The notes beneath the pieces were generated by a model. That model was given only the letters and a program-made list of their open reading frames with translations, was not told the origin of the DNA and did not search any database. Positions 50,486 through 63,012 of a stretch of 64,000 nucleotides of DNA are shown in pieces. A program made the position numbers and the translations under genes. Source of the DNA: Calcarisporiella thermophila CBS 279.70. Its lineage: Eukaryota; Fungi; Calcarisporiellomycota. Where the stretch lies: NCBI RefSeq assembly GCF_041956535.1, contig NW_027192202.1:666870-730869 (forward strand). The letters are read 5' to 3'. Each line of letters opens with the position of its first letter. Positions within the stretch are counted from its first letter, which is position 1.

Positions 50486-53027
50486 ATGCCCACACACGAA
50501 TTGCCGATAGATGGACCCTATAGCAACCGTTTTCGCCACTTTCAGTCCTCCTCGCTTTCCACGGCCACGAAGCAAACATCGTCATTTGCGGGTGGCAAAT
50601 CCCCATCCACCCCCACAAGCCCCGATTTCGCCACCGGTATCAAACGGACTTCCTCAATGCATCGCCAGCTCCCCCAACGCTCTAGCACAGACTACCACCG
50701 CCAACGCAGCATATCCATGATTGCCTCGTCCTCAACAGGTAATCTTCATGAGACGGTCTCGACTCCTCCGCCCCCTCCACAACCAAGAGAAAACGGCAGA
50801 TTGAGCGCGGGCAGTTATCGAGGAATTTCTACCTCATCCGCTTCCTTGCGCTCATATGCATCGCCATTGTTGGAGCGCCGAGACAGCATGCCACCAAGCT
50901 ACATGGAGAGAACCAATCAAGAGGCAACGCCTCCGCCCTCCCGATTGTCCACAGCAAGTTTGAGCATGGAGCCGCAGCACGAGCGGGGAGGGCGGCTCTT
51001 TATTAACACCGACTTGGCAAGGAAACGGCATAGTTTGCGTACAGATGGCTTATTTGCTGAACGGCGATTTGAATCCGAAGATGTTCGGAGCGAGGTACGT
51101 CTATCTAGTCTCTGGATTCGCTTGAATTGTTTTCTAATCTATGCTCTATTAGCGAATGACTCGCACGCCTACCTCCATGTCTTCTCGACCACCCTCGAGT
51201 CGCGACCACTATGCTCCCGTCACAAGTCCTCTACGTCATCGCACCTCGTCCATCCCCGCCACCCTAAATCTCTCGCTCACCCCCCTGCTACGCTCTTCAG
51301 CCACCACACCAACTCCATCCAATCCTTCTCCCGATCGAGGGGGAATAGGGGGGAGCGGGGAGAAATCCCACTCGCCTGTTTCCGTGACCTCAGCCAGCTC
51401 CTCTATGTATCAATTTTCTCCTCGGGTCGCGACAAAGATGCAGGAGTATGCTGAGCGCGAGTCGCAGCGGAGTGTGGAGCTTCAGTCTCTGTTGCAGGAA
51501 ACGCGCGACTACTACACAAATTGCGTCAAGGGGTTGCAGCAACAGGTACGGGACCAAGCCAACCTCACCGCTGCTAAAGAAAAAGACGTGCAACAGCTCC
51601 GTGATGAAATTCGAACGCTGAGGAGGCGATTGAAGGAGGAGACGCGGGGGGGAGAGCGTCTAGGGAAGGAGCGTGAAGAGTTGAGCGGAAGAGTGGAGGA
51701 GATGCGGCTCCGAGTGGAGTTGTTAGCTCGGGAGAAAGAGGCTCTGGAGGCTCGAGTACAGGAGTTGGAGGCAGAATTGGTAGGGTTGCGATCCGAAGAG
51801 GTTGGCCGGAGTGGGCGCGATGCTGAAGTCCGCCAGCGCACCGAGGTATTCGCACGCGAGAATGAGAAACTGCGCAGGGAGCTTGAGGACGCCGAAGAAG
51901 AAATTCAGGATTTACAGGCGACCGTTGACGCGGAAATCAACCGCCGTGTTCGTGCGGAGCAGGAGCGTGAAGAGACTCGACGAGCCCTACACCATGCGGA
52001 GCAAGAGAACGCTAGACTGGAGGGGATTGTTGAGGGGATTGAGCGTGATCTTGGCAAATTGCCCCAGCAGGCTTTGCCGCTGCTGGAAAAGATCTCGGGG
52101 GCGGGGCGACAGGTTCCCGGTGACGAGATGGCGGACTCTGGGCTGGGCACATCCCCCCCTCCCCCCTCCAACTCCACCAGTCCCATGCCTTCTGCGGCCC
52201 TCCATCGATCCATACAACACCACCAGCATCACACCGATCCAAATATGCACCTTTCGCACGATGAGCTCGTGGAACGAAATCGCCGACTGGAGGTCGAACT
52301 GAACGCAACCAACGACGCACTTGCAAACAAGGTTGAGGAGCAGCAGGCCCTGCGACGAGAGGTGCAGGAGCTGCGCCAGAGGCTGGTGGAGCTGGAGGAG
52401 GCAGCGGCGGTGACGGAGGCGATGAGTGGCTCCAAATCCGGGACCGAGAAGGGCGAGCGCAGCGGCGGCGAGCCGCAAAAGCAGCCACCCATGGACATAG
52501 AACGCATATGGGTTGAGAAATACATGGAGCTGCAGCGGGAACATCTTCACATGGTCAATTTGTTGCGAGATGCCTACGATGCTCGCGATCGAGCACGAAC
52601 CGAAGCCATGGTGTGGCGCGACCGCTTCGAGGCTCTGGCTGGCAAGCAGAGGGGACAGCAGCCACAATCACAAGGTTACTCCACGCCGCAGGATGTGAGG
52701 CAGAGATTGGCATCAGGGTCCTCCGGGCGCTCTTCTTCGATGAACTCATGTTTGTCCGAAGAGGACGAGGGAGATAAGGATGGGTTCATGGATGCTGAGG
52801 ACCGGTTTTCTCCCGATTATAATCGCCTGCATGGGCAAGAGACCATGCGGGAGGAGAGAGGTGTGGATGAGGAGGATGAAGATGAGGGCGAAGAGAAGTT
52901 TGGAAGTCCAGTTGGGGAGTGGGACTCGGAGGATGAGGTGGACGTCCGCACAACCTATGCACATCGAGTCAAGGGGAAGAAAGTATCTCTAGGTCGGGAG
53001 CGCCCCCTTGAGCTAAAGGACTTGTGA
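50486..53027 (+). CDS. Hypothetical Ser-rich/coiled-coil protein (1 intron)
   Basis: Two long ORFs joined by a GT-AG intron at 51094-51152. Extended Glu/Arg/Leu heptads and an acidic tail. Confidence 0.85.
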
Positions 53028-53668
53028 TTTGGAACTACATATTCATGACGGAGGAGAGATGGGAAGGAGAGGGGCGCTGGTCGCTGGATTTATTATTGTT
53101 ATTATTCATTAACGCATTAGTATACTCTATTTTCTCTTTTTTCTTTTTCTTTTTACCATTGCATTCTCCCCCCCCCCCCCCTTTTTTTTTTCCCTTGCTT
53201 CTCCCACTGTTTTTCTTTGGAATGGCTAGATTTTTTTCCCCTCCCTTTGCTCCCTTTCTTCATTTTTATCTTACTTTCTGCTCCGACTTGCTTTTTAGCG
53301 TAATCTCTCTTTGCATTTATTTTATTATTATTATTTTGTTGTCATCATGAGAATTCTGTAAATATGTCTGTTCCCCTCCCTATTTTTTTCTCGTTTTTCT
53401 TTGTGATAAAGAGAATCCATTTGTTGATGAGATGAAATATATCATATAGAACACTAAAAATAATAATAGCCACGAAGTACAAATAAAGGGGAGATCCTTA
53501 AAGGGGAAAAGAGTGAGTAATGTAAATGCACAGTAATTTAAGAGAGTATAGAAGGAAAATACGATTATACAATAGAATAAAGGCGGGTAGAAAACAATTA
53601 AACATGGAATAAAACAGATAAAACACATTATTCGGGCATAGCAAAGGGACACAACCCCCGTTTCCGTC

Positions 53669-56496
53669 TTAGCAATCGTCCTCCCACTCCTCCTCGGTGC
53701 CCCACTCGGAGCCCTCGATCACTCGAAACTGCGAGAAGTTTTGCAAAGTTACCGAACCGGTCTTGGAGAGCACGCTTGTCCAGCTCGTTGCCGTCGAGGC
53801 CGAAGATCGGCGCCTCCCCGATGACAACGAGACGTGCCATTCACTCCCTGTTGTGTTGGAGCTCCAGCGCCGTTCATCCTTCTCTTCGCCCCCCGTCATT
53901 TCGCCCTCCTCCACTATCTCCTCGTATTCCGCATCAGGGGTGGGCGGCAACTGCATCAGCTTCTGTTTACGCGCGCTGCCAATCACACGACTAACCTCTT
54001 TACGCCTGGACTGCTGTGATGAGTGGTGACTGAGGAGCCGGTCCATAAGAGGAAGGGTGGCCATATCTCCCCATTCGCCTGCCGCCGCAACGTTTACTTC
54101 TCCTGGAGGCGATAGAAACCTTATTCCGCTCTCATAGGGGTTCTCTTCCGGTATACTGGTGGATGAGGAGAGGCTCTGACTGGGAGCAGAGAAATTCCGT
54201 CTTGCTTGCATATTCGTAAGAAAAGTTGGCTTTGGCAGGCCATTAGGAAGCAACGAGTTTCGTGTCACGCCCCCACCTACTACCGCTTTCTTCTTAGTTG
54301 TGGAGGAGAGAGGGTGAGGGACAGCGGCCACCGAATTGCGCTCTCCAAGCACTGTCTTGCCAATCTTGGGGGGAAGTCGGGAATCCCCTAGCATATGGGA
54401 GGCTAGCTTGATATCTGTGTTGGAGAGAGGGGTTGGGGTCACAATGGCCGGCGTTCTAGGGGGTGGAAAGAGGCTTTTTCCAGGCGTATGGACTCGCGTA
54501 GTGAGGGAACGCTTGATGGAGAGTCGGCGGTTGGTTTTGAGGGATTTTGGAGATTTTGGTTTAGTGGGCTATCACAGCAGATATCAGTGGGGAGTATTGG
54601 GGTGAAAACAAACAAAGACCACAAACCTTTCCTCCGAGGGGTTTCTCGGGATTCTCTTTCTTGCTTGCCACAGCACTAGGAGGTGCAGCAGTTTTGAGGG
54701 CCCTTGCTCCGACATGAGTGATCCACGGCTCGCCGAACACTAAGAAGTCCGTCCCAGTTTGGGCCTTATACTTTGCAAGGGCGTCCTCAACTTCTCTTTC
54801 GATCTTGATGAGATAAATACAGTGTTAATCAGAAAATTAATAGGGCCTGTGCAATTAGGTGACAAACCTTGGGCAATTCTTTCGCCATCCGTTTTCTGAA
54901 CTTCTCCTCTCTCAGCAACCTGCCAGGATCTCTGCGCTGGCCTTTTTGGAAGAGTCGGGACTGGTCCTGAGAGGCGAGCTAATATATTCAGAGACAATCC
55001 AATTCAACGGTTCAATCAGTGAAAAACCACTTATTTTCAGGGGCTATTTACCTCGAACTCGTGGGATTCTCCAAGTAGCTTTCGGTGTTTTTCAACCCTG
55101 GTTAGCAGCGGTTTCAATTCTTCCACCATTCTGTGCAGACGTTCGATCTCACGTTCATGGGCAGCAAGGCTTTCTTCATTAAAAATCCCTTTAAATGCAG
55201 ATAAACCAAATCAGTTCATTGTGTGGGACTGTAGTTAGTGGGCGAGAAGTCAGAGTTACCGCAGAAAGCGGGCATAAATCGACGGCGCTCTTCCTGCGTG
55301 TAGTAAAGAGTGTCCCACAGCTCAGCCAGCTCTTCACGTGCGCTCTCGATGAACATGGCGACATTCTCTTTTTTCAGTCGAGTCATTGTCTTCAGCTCTT
55401 GGTTGTACTATTTTAAGAAGATTGCTATGTAAAAAGGATGGAAGTGGCAGACTTTTAATTTGTTTTTACCGCTTCAATCACACCAGTTGATAAGCCCTGC
55501 TGTTCTTCTACGAACGCGTTCTGATGTTCGGGATCAATTTGAAGCTTCTTCCATAACAGCTGGAGCTGGTCATACAAGTTCTTAATGACCGTTTGTCGCT
55601 CCTGCTTTTCTTCATTTAGCGTCTCACGTTTCAATTCAAGTCGCTTCAGGTTCTCCTCAGTGGGCGAAATTTCTCCACGCAGTACCGCTTGGTCAAATTC
55701 CGAACTCTGTGCGACAATGCCCAGCTCGGTCCAAAGGTTGAGGATATCGGAAATAAGGGTCTCGACGCGATGTCTTCTCCTCAGCTATATGCAAGATGGG
55801 TTGAAGGAGAGTTAACATAACAGTGAATGCACGAAGAAATGTTCAATAGCAATTGACTACCATCTCCGAGTTGCATCGGTCAACTTCGTGCTCCAGTTTC
55901 GTTATATATTCCAGCGTGGTGGGGAAAGAATCTCCAGGCGGAGATATTTTGATAAACGACCCAAGGTATGGCCGGAAAGTATCTATGCGTTCGTGTAGAG
56001 CTAGTAGAAGTAAAGATAACTAAGTAATTAGATACGAATACTGTAACATCCCACAAAGTCAATACTCACATTTCACCATTCGCAATCGCTCTTCATAGAC
56101 TAGCTTTAGTGCGTCACGTTCACAGTCTAGAGTCTGTAATTTCGCAAGAAGGCCAGCCTAAAGAGAGAAATCCAAGTGAATTTAATTTAGCACACTTATG
56201 GCCAAAATGGCAAACAAAAAATTGCTTGCCTCCTCATTAAGAACGTGATTATCCTCCACTTCACCAACCGCCGTTTTAAGTCTTGATATCTCTGCTACTG
56301 CTTCAGCAATTGCTCCTTCTACACGCCTTATCTCGTGCTCCGCGTTATCAGCCTCCTCATTAAATAACTCTGTTATACGCACGAACACAGCATCGAGTTT
56401 CTTATTGACCTCTATGGAGGTGTGACCAAGTTTTGTATAGAGAGTATGGAGGCGGATGAAATAAGAAGATATATCAGGTATAGAGAGCTCTACCAT
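53669..56496 (-). CDS. ASE1: Ase1/PRC1/MAP65 spindle-midzone microtubule crosslinker (multi-intron; first intron GC-AG)
   Basis: ILNLWTELG, LQLLWKKL, HEREIERL, hallmark RDPGRLLREEKFRKRMAKELPK, basic disordered tail. Confidence 0.9.
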
Positions 56497-56742
56497 TGAT
56501 TCCTTTGGCAATAAAAAAAATTAAAGAATCGATTGAGAAAAAGTTATGAAAGCAATCGAGAATCAATCAATTGAAAGAAAATTGTTTGTAAAAAGAAAGC
56601 AAAGCACCGATATCGAAAAACCGTATATCAAATCTATATCCAGAGTTGAATGTGGAAAGGAAAGTGCGTTATCAATTCTGTAGGATAAAATTGGCACGCA
56701 AGAGTAGTGATGGAAATGGGGTATCGTCTGGCTATTTTAAAA

Positions 56743-56871
56743 GCGCGTTAATTTCCGCAAGAATGTACAACGCGTCCTAACGCGGGATCTCGAATTTGAT
56801 CGCGTAAATCATGTTATCGCTGACTCTCAATATGAAACCTCTGTGGCTTCTTTGAATGTATTAATTCGCGG
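56743..56871. promoter_or_regulatory. Cluster of CGCG-core (MCB/E2F-like) sites upstream of ASE1
   Basis: GCGCGT 56743, ACGCGT 56770, ACGCGG 56780, TCGCGT 56800 and TCGCGG 56866 in an AT-rich background. Confidence 0.5.
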
Positions 56872-57180
56872 ACGCCAATTATCCAAGTCGTGATTTGTTC
56901 AAACAACTTGGCTATAGTTAGAGGATGCTTAGTTTATAATGGAAATCCATACAATCCCATCTGCAGCATCAAAAACAAAAATTAATAGTCAATTCTATTT
57001 CATTTTAATTAAAACTCGATGGATCCATAGCAACATGACTATATTAGGATTCAGAAATATAAAAATTCACAGAAATAAAAAGTAAAAATATCGGTCGAAA
57101 TAAGCATGAAAGGAAGGAAGAGCACAACAAAATTTCCAAAAAAAGAAGGAATAAATAACAAATACTTCATGGACCATTTC

Positions 57181-60100
57181 CTAGGATGATGAGGGGTCGA
57201 ACACTGCCTCTAAACTCTTTGGAATATGGCCATGATGATCTAAATTTCCGGCATCGTTGCCAGCCGAGGATTCCCCATTCCCGTTTACCCCCAGCATGTT
57301 CTTCAGCTTTTCGGCAAGCTCGTGCCCAAGCAGTTGGTTGAATCGCCCCCGGGAGTGAGCCAGGAGCCGAGCAGGAGTGTCGAATTCCGCCACCTTACCA
57401 TCATCCATTACCAGTATCTTGTCCTTTTAACAAAAAGAAAAGGGGGTCAATATACTATTTATTGATAATAGGGTAGAATTCAGAATGATTACCGCTTCTA
57501 TAATCGTGTTCTGCAGTGAGGTGAACATTAAAAAATAAGAGATCAATTAATTTTACTCTAATCGGACTTTATAGTCTCTATAAGTTCTTACCAAACGTCT
57601 AGCTATCATCAGCACTGTATGATCTTTGAAATTCTTTCGTATTGTTTCGCGAATAATCGCATCGGTATGCAAATCTACCGCGCTTGTTGCCTCTATTTAC
57701 GAAACAATTAGTTCAAGAGAAATTGTTATACAGCCGTAAATAGGTCTATGCACACTAACCGTCAAACACAACAATTCGACTCTTCACCAAAATTGCCCTC
57801 GCGATACAGAAGAGCTGTCGTTGACCTAGCGAAAAAGTGCGCCCATTATCTACAACAGGGGTGTCTATTTTCTGCGGCATGGATCGAATTTTCTCGTCCA
57901 GGTGAACAGACTTCAGAGCAGACCAGATGGTTTGGTCGTCACATTGGTGGAATGGATCCAGGTTACTACGGATAGTGCCAGAAAAGAGCACCGGTTCTAA
58001 GTGGAAAGAGTCAGTAGCTGCAAACATTTGAGCATTAAGATGAAATTCACCTTGAGGGATGACAGCAATCACATTCCGCAGATTACGAAGACCGGCATTG
58101 CGGATATCCACGTCATCTATTAAAATCTGGCCTTCACTTGCCTCCACAATGCGGAGCAAGCTAATCAACAGGGTCGTCTTTCCAGAACCTGCTTTTCCTA
58201 CGATTACCACCTTTTCTTTTGGCTGAATATGAAAAGAGACCTTTTTAAGAACGGCATGGCCATATCGTTGGTATCGCAGCGTGACTTCTTTGTACTCGAT
58301 CTTGATAATAGTTACGTGGGTCAGATCCAAACCGAATATTTTCGGGGAATTCAAATGTTAGATCCTGATACTCACTTCGCCTTTTTGTGGCCAGTCTTCT
58401 GGAATGCCGCTATCCTCGATCACATGCGGCTGTTCAATCGGGATGTTCTTCCCATAGTAACTCAGTTGCTCCACGCTCTCCATTGCCAATTGGGCATCTT
58501 GGAGATGTCGAAGTACACGTTGTCCAAAAAGAAGTATCTGCAGGGCATTGGTAAGCGCAAGACCAGCAGTAGCAGCATCCACCTGCCACCACCCAAATTG
58601 CCTTTGGAACACAACTAGAAATAGCGCTGAAATGTAGACAAATAGAGAAGCGAGGAAGTCCAAATAGAGGTACAGCCAAGCTTTGACTAATCAAAAGATA
58701 AAATTGGTGTTAGAGTGGCAGTGCCAGCTAATCAACGTTCACATTTTACCTTGCATCAATCCGAACAGCGCTCTGTGATTTGTGTCTATCCGATCTAAAT
58801 TTCGCGCATCGAACGAGGATTCTGCGTGATAGACTCGGATGGTATGAAGTCCCTCAAGCGTAACGGAAAGCAACGAAAAGATGGGACCTTTGCTGTCCGC
58901 TATATTAGTGGCCAAAAATCGGTTAGTACTCCATCCAATTATGGAGAAAGTGTCCTAGAAAACTCCTTCATTACCATCAAGCTCCTTGAGTCTGCTCTCG
59001 GTGTCAACGGAAAATATCATGAGCAGCCACATCAGCCCTATCAGGACTATTACGGGTCCAAATGCAAATGGCACCACAACACACACAAGAATTACTGCTC
59101 CAACAACAATGGGTAACACATGTAGGGTTTGCAGTGCAGCGTCCGTCAGCACATCATCCACCGTGTTTTGATGGCGGGCAAACACACTTAGAATCCTGGC
59201 CAGTGGGGTTATATCGAAATAGGACATGGGCGCACGCAGGATACGCTTGAAGATGCGATCATGTAATGCAGCGCTCTTGCGTACCATAACCGCCGTGTAC
59301 AAAGAATACCGTACAAAAGCGCCCAATAAAATGGCCGCCACCATACCGCCGTATACACCCAAGAAGTACTGCACCGTAATTGGCCCGGCCACTGAGAACT
59401 TTAGCCACCAATCACTAACTATTCGCACTGCCTGCACGACGAAAAAGAGAACGATCACGGAAAGCGAGAAAGTTGCGCCAGGGTTTTTACAGATAAACCA
59501 CCACACCACGGGCCACCCTGTGCGTATTCTCTTCTGTCTCTTTAGAACTACTAAGCCAGTTTCTGGATCGATCGCCGCTGAGAGCACACCCTCTTGTCCA
59601 CTTAGTGAGTGAATTGTCAACTGGTTTCGCTCAATGGTGCGCTGTGCCGCGCTCATCTCATTAGCACCAGGCGATTGGGGTAGCTGGCTGGGTTCCACGA
59701 TAATGGAGCCTCGCTCCATCATTTGCGTCAGGGCGATCTCAGGGGGCGGCTGAGTACTTGCCAGAGCATTCAATTGATCATCGCCATGAGCTTCGTGCGA
59801 AACGGGCTGAGACATATCCTTTACGTCCGCATTTTGCACAATTGAATTGGGAATCATAGGCTGACTTGAGAGTGTAGGAGACCGATGCGCCAAGGATTCA
59901 GGAGCAGAAGAGAGTGTTTCTTCATCTTCTGCCTGGGGTTTCAGGAAGTCGCCTCCACTATCTTCAATCTGATCGTCTAAATCTTCGATCTCTGCAGAGT
60001 CTCCAGCAAGAGCGGCGAAGTTTACATCTTTGGCACAAAGCTCGTCATAAGTGCCTTCGTCTTCAAGGCTTCCATCTTTCATATACAGTACATAATCGCA

Positions 60101-62444
60101 GTGGGAAAGGTATTGTAGTTGATTTGTGACAAACACAACAGCCTTGTTCTAAAAATATGACAGAAATTAGGTCTCAAAAAAAAAATATGCTATAAATACT
60201 CTCAATTACCTTCAAGTATTCTTTGATACACTTGTTGAAAATATATTTGCCAACATGAGCATCCATAGAGCTAGTTGATAACATAATAGCAAAGAGTGAG
60301 GTGCCGACTCCTAGAAAAACGTCAAATTCAACCTACCTCAATACATCGTCTAATAAAATGATATCGGCGTTGCTATATACAGCTCGAGCAAGGCTCACAC
60401 GTTGTCGCTGCCCCAGAGTCAGGTTCACTCCTCGATCTCCAATTTCTGTCTCATCTCCTTGCCCAAGGCCTTCAATATCCTTTTTCAGCGCACACACCCG
60501 GATCACCTCTCGGTAACGTTCTGGGTCGAAGGGGGCACCAAAGAGAATGTTTTGTCGCAACGTGAGATTGAGAAGGTATGCATCATGTGGCACATATGCG
60601 ATACGACCATAAACTCGACGAGTACCCGCTGTAATTCGGTTTTGGCCCTATATTTTTGCACGAAAAATTAATATAAGCAATATATGCATTAACAAGTCCA
60701 CTCTACCCACCATAATAGCAGCCAAAACAGATGACTTCCCGGCGCCCACATCACCCACAATGGCGCACAATTCGCCCTCCCGCAAACGCATAGAAAAGAA
60801 TGCAACGGACGGCTTCGATGTGCCATCCCATTGTATGTCAACATTATCCTGGAAAATGAATAAAATCAACACCTTACCACTGATTGCTATATACCAAGAT
60901 AATCACTTACAAAATATACGCGAAGCTTTCCCTTCCCAGGGGGAGTATTTTCCTCAATTTCCCCAAGCGTAGTATCGTCCAAATCTGCAACGCCTTCCTG
61001 CCTCAGAAAATCGTCCAATTCACTGAATGAGGTCAATGCACCAAGAGTTGTGCGCACGGCCATAGGGAATATGATAAGCGGATATCGAAACGAGTTGAAA
61101 AGAGCCAATGCTATGAATACAGTGCTCGGTCGCATTGCGTCAAAGGATACAAGCCCCAATATACAGAATGCAGCAAGCGCGCACAGGACTGGTACCATGA
61201 ATACTGTGGCAAAAGTGATGCCCTTGACGCGCAGACTCCAATTAAGCCAACGCAGTTCTTTTGCACGGACTTTGCGCACTCGATCACGAAAATATGGTTC
61301 CCAGGCAAAAAATTTGATGAGTCGCATCGCGGTTAGCAGTTCAGACATGAGATGGATACGCTGAGTCGTTGCTGTACTCATTTGCACCTGAATGTAGGTG
61401 AGTAAGCGTGCAAAAATAAACTGGAAAACTATTAGGAGGACAATGACGATGAGGGCAGGTAAGGCGGCCACGCGGATTTCCAAAAAGGCGAGTACCAATG
61501 CAACTATATGGGGGGTAAAAGTTAGTGAGCTATGGGATGTACAGAGGGCTGGTTAGATCTCTGCTTACTGATGATATCCAATAATGCGCCCCACAACAAA
61601 TGAAGATTGACACAAGCTTCGGCAACTCTGTTTCAAAATAGAATTCAAGCAAAGCAAATATTAGACTTATTTGCTCCATTTTCTAGAAAATGAAAGAAGA
61701 TTCACCTATTGCAATGGTCTGCTACGAGGTTGACTATTGGATTCCATAAAAATTGTTACCAATACAATTGAAATGAATCAGTGCATATTCAATAATTACC
61801 AACATCCCCGATTCCTCCCTTTAAATAGCTTAATTTCAGACTCTTGCGATAGATGAGGGTCATTAATGCTGCGCGCACTTGGATTCCAATGCGAGTGCAC
61901 TCGCTTGAGAGCATATTTGAGCATATACTTGCACCTATACTTGCTAGGAACAATCCCACTGCATAGATATGACCCCCAGTTGCGTTTGGATCGTCTTCAG
62001 CACGTTCAAAATAGAGAAGCAGCTCACGCAACAGGTAGTATATACTCAAAAACTTGAACACACTCTCGAACAGCTTCCACAAGCCAACAAAAAGGTATCG
62101 AGTTCCGAAAGCTCGCCAAAGGGCTCGCAGCAGTGAAGGTTCTCTACATTATTCTTCAGGTTAATTAGATTAAATTAGGTCAATCGTGCAGTATATTACG
62201 CTTTGCCCATTTTCTCCGCTTCCCATGACTTCTCAAGAGCATCGCCACATGGACGCGCACGCTCACTCTCCTCAAGATCTAGCTCGGTAAGCTCGAGATC
62301 GTAGCGCCGTGAGTATCGCAGTATAGGAAACACCCAGAGGAAAAGCCATCGTGAGAAGATGTTGAGGCCTTTACCGCCGCGAATCATAAATTTCGGAAAC
62401 TGGGCTGGCGCGGGGACATCTTGCCTCCGGCCGTACCACGACAT
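57181..62444 (-). CDS. ABCC/MRP-type ABC transporter (short form, no TMD0) with degenerate ATPase motifs (~15 introns)
   Basis: Lasso-like N-terminus, TMD1 ([10 protein letters not shown]), NBD1 [22 protein letters not shown]2 ([10 protein letters not shown]), NBD2 [35 protein letters not shown]. Confidence 0.93.
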
Positions 62445-63012
62445 GTTTTAAGGAACTGGAGAAATAAATAGAGGATTTTTTTTCAGAAAAGGCGAAGAAA
62501 TAGAGCACTGTACTTTCACAATGGACGAATAGAAGAGGAACGGGGATTAAAGCAAATAAATATATATCTCGATGAAGAAGAGAAAATAAGATGCGAGAAT
62601 GCCTTAAATACCTCTATAATTGTTGGACGAAGAGGGGAGATAATGCCTCTTTGATAGCGTGTGTAACAGAAAATTAGGATGGGAAAAGGTGGATATAAAG
62701 TGATTTATGGAATCTGTTTAAAAAAACTCACCGTTGCATTTGCTAGTTTAAGAAATCCTCCAATCTTTTCTTTACTGCTCAGGTTAGGTTAGTGGGCGAT
62801 TGGTGCCATATTATGCCCCATAACTTTAATCCGCTGCAGGTTTATCTATTTTCTGTTGATCAATCTTCCCCTCACAATTTTGTTCGTGCTGTTGTAGTAA
62901 TCTTGGGATGATGTACTAGCATTTCAACATTTCTTCGAAATTATCCATCACGTTAATCTGTATCTGTACAACTAGCTAAATTCTCATCCAAGATTATTTA
63001 ATTCAGAATACA

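Noticed and set aside
53024-53652. Hydrophobic ORFs at 53.0-53.6 kb, 29.7 kb, 34.7 kb, 39.7 kb and 45.8 kb
   Set aside because: These are translations of T-rich UTR or intergenic tracts.
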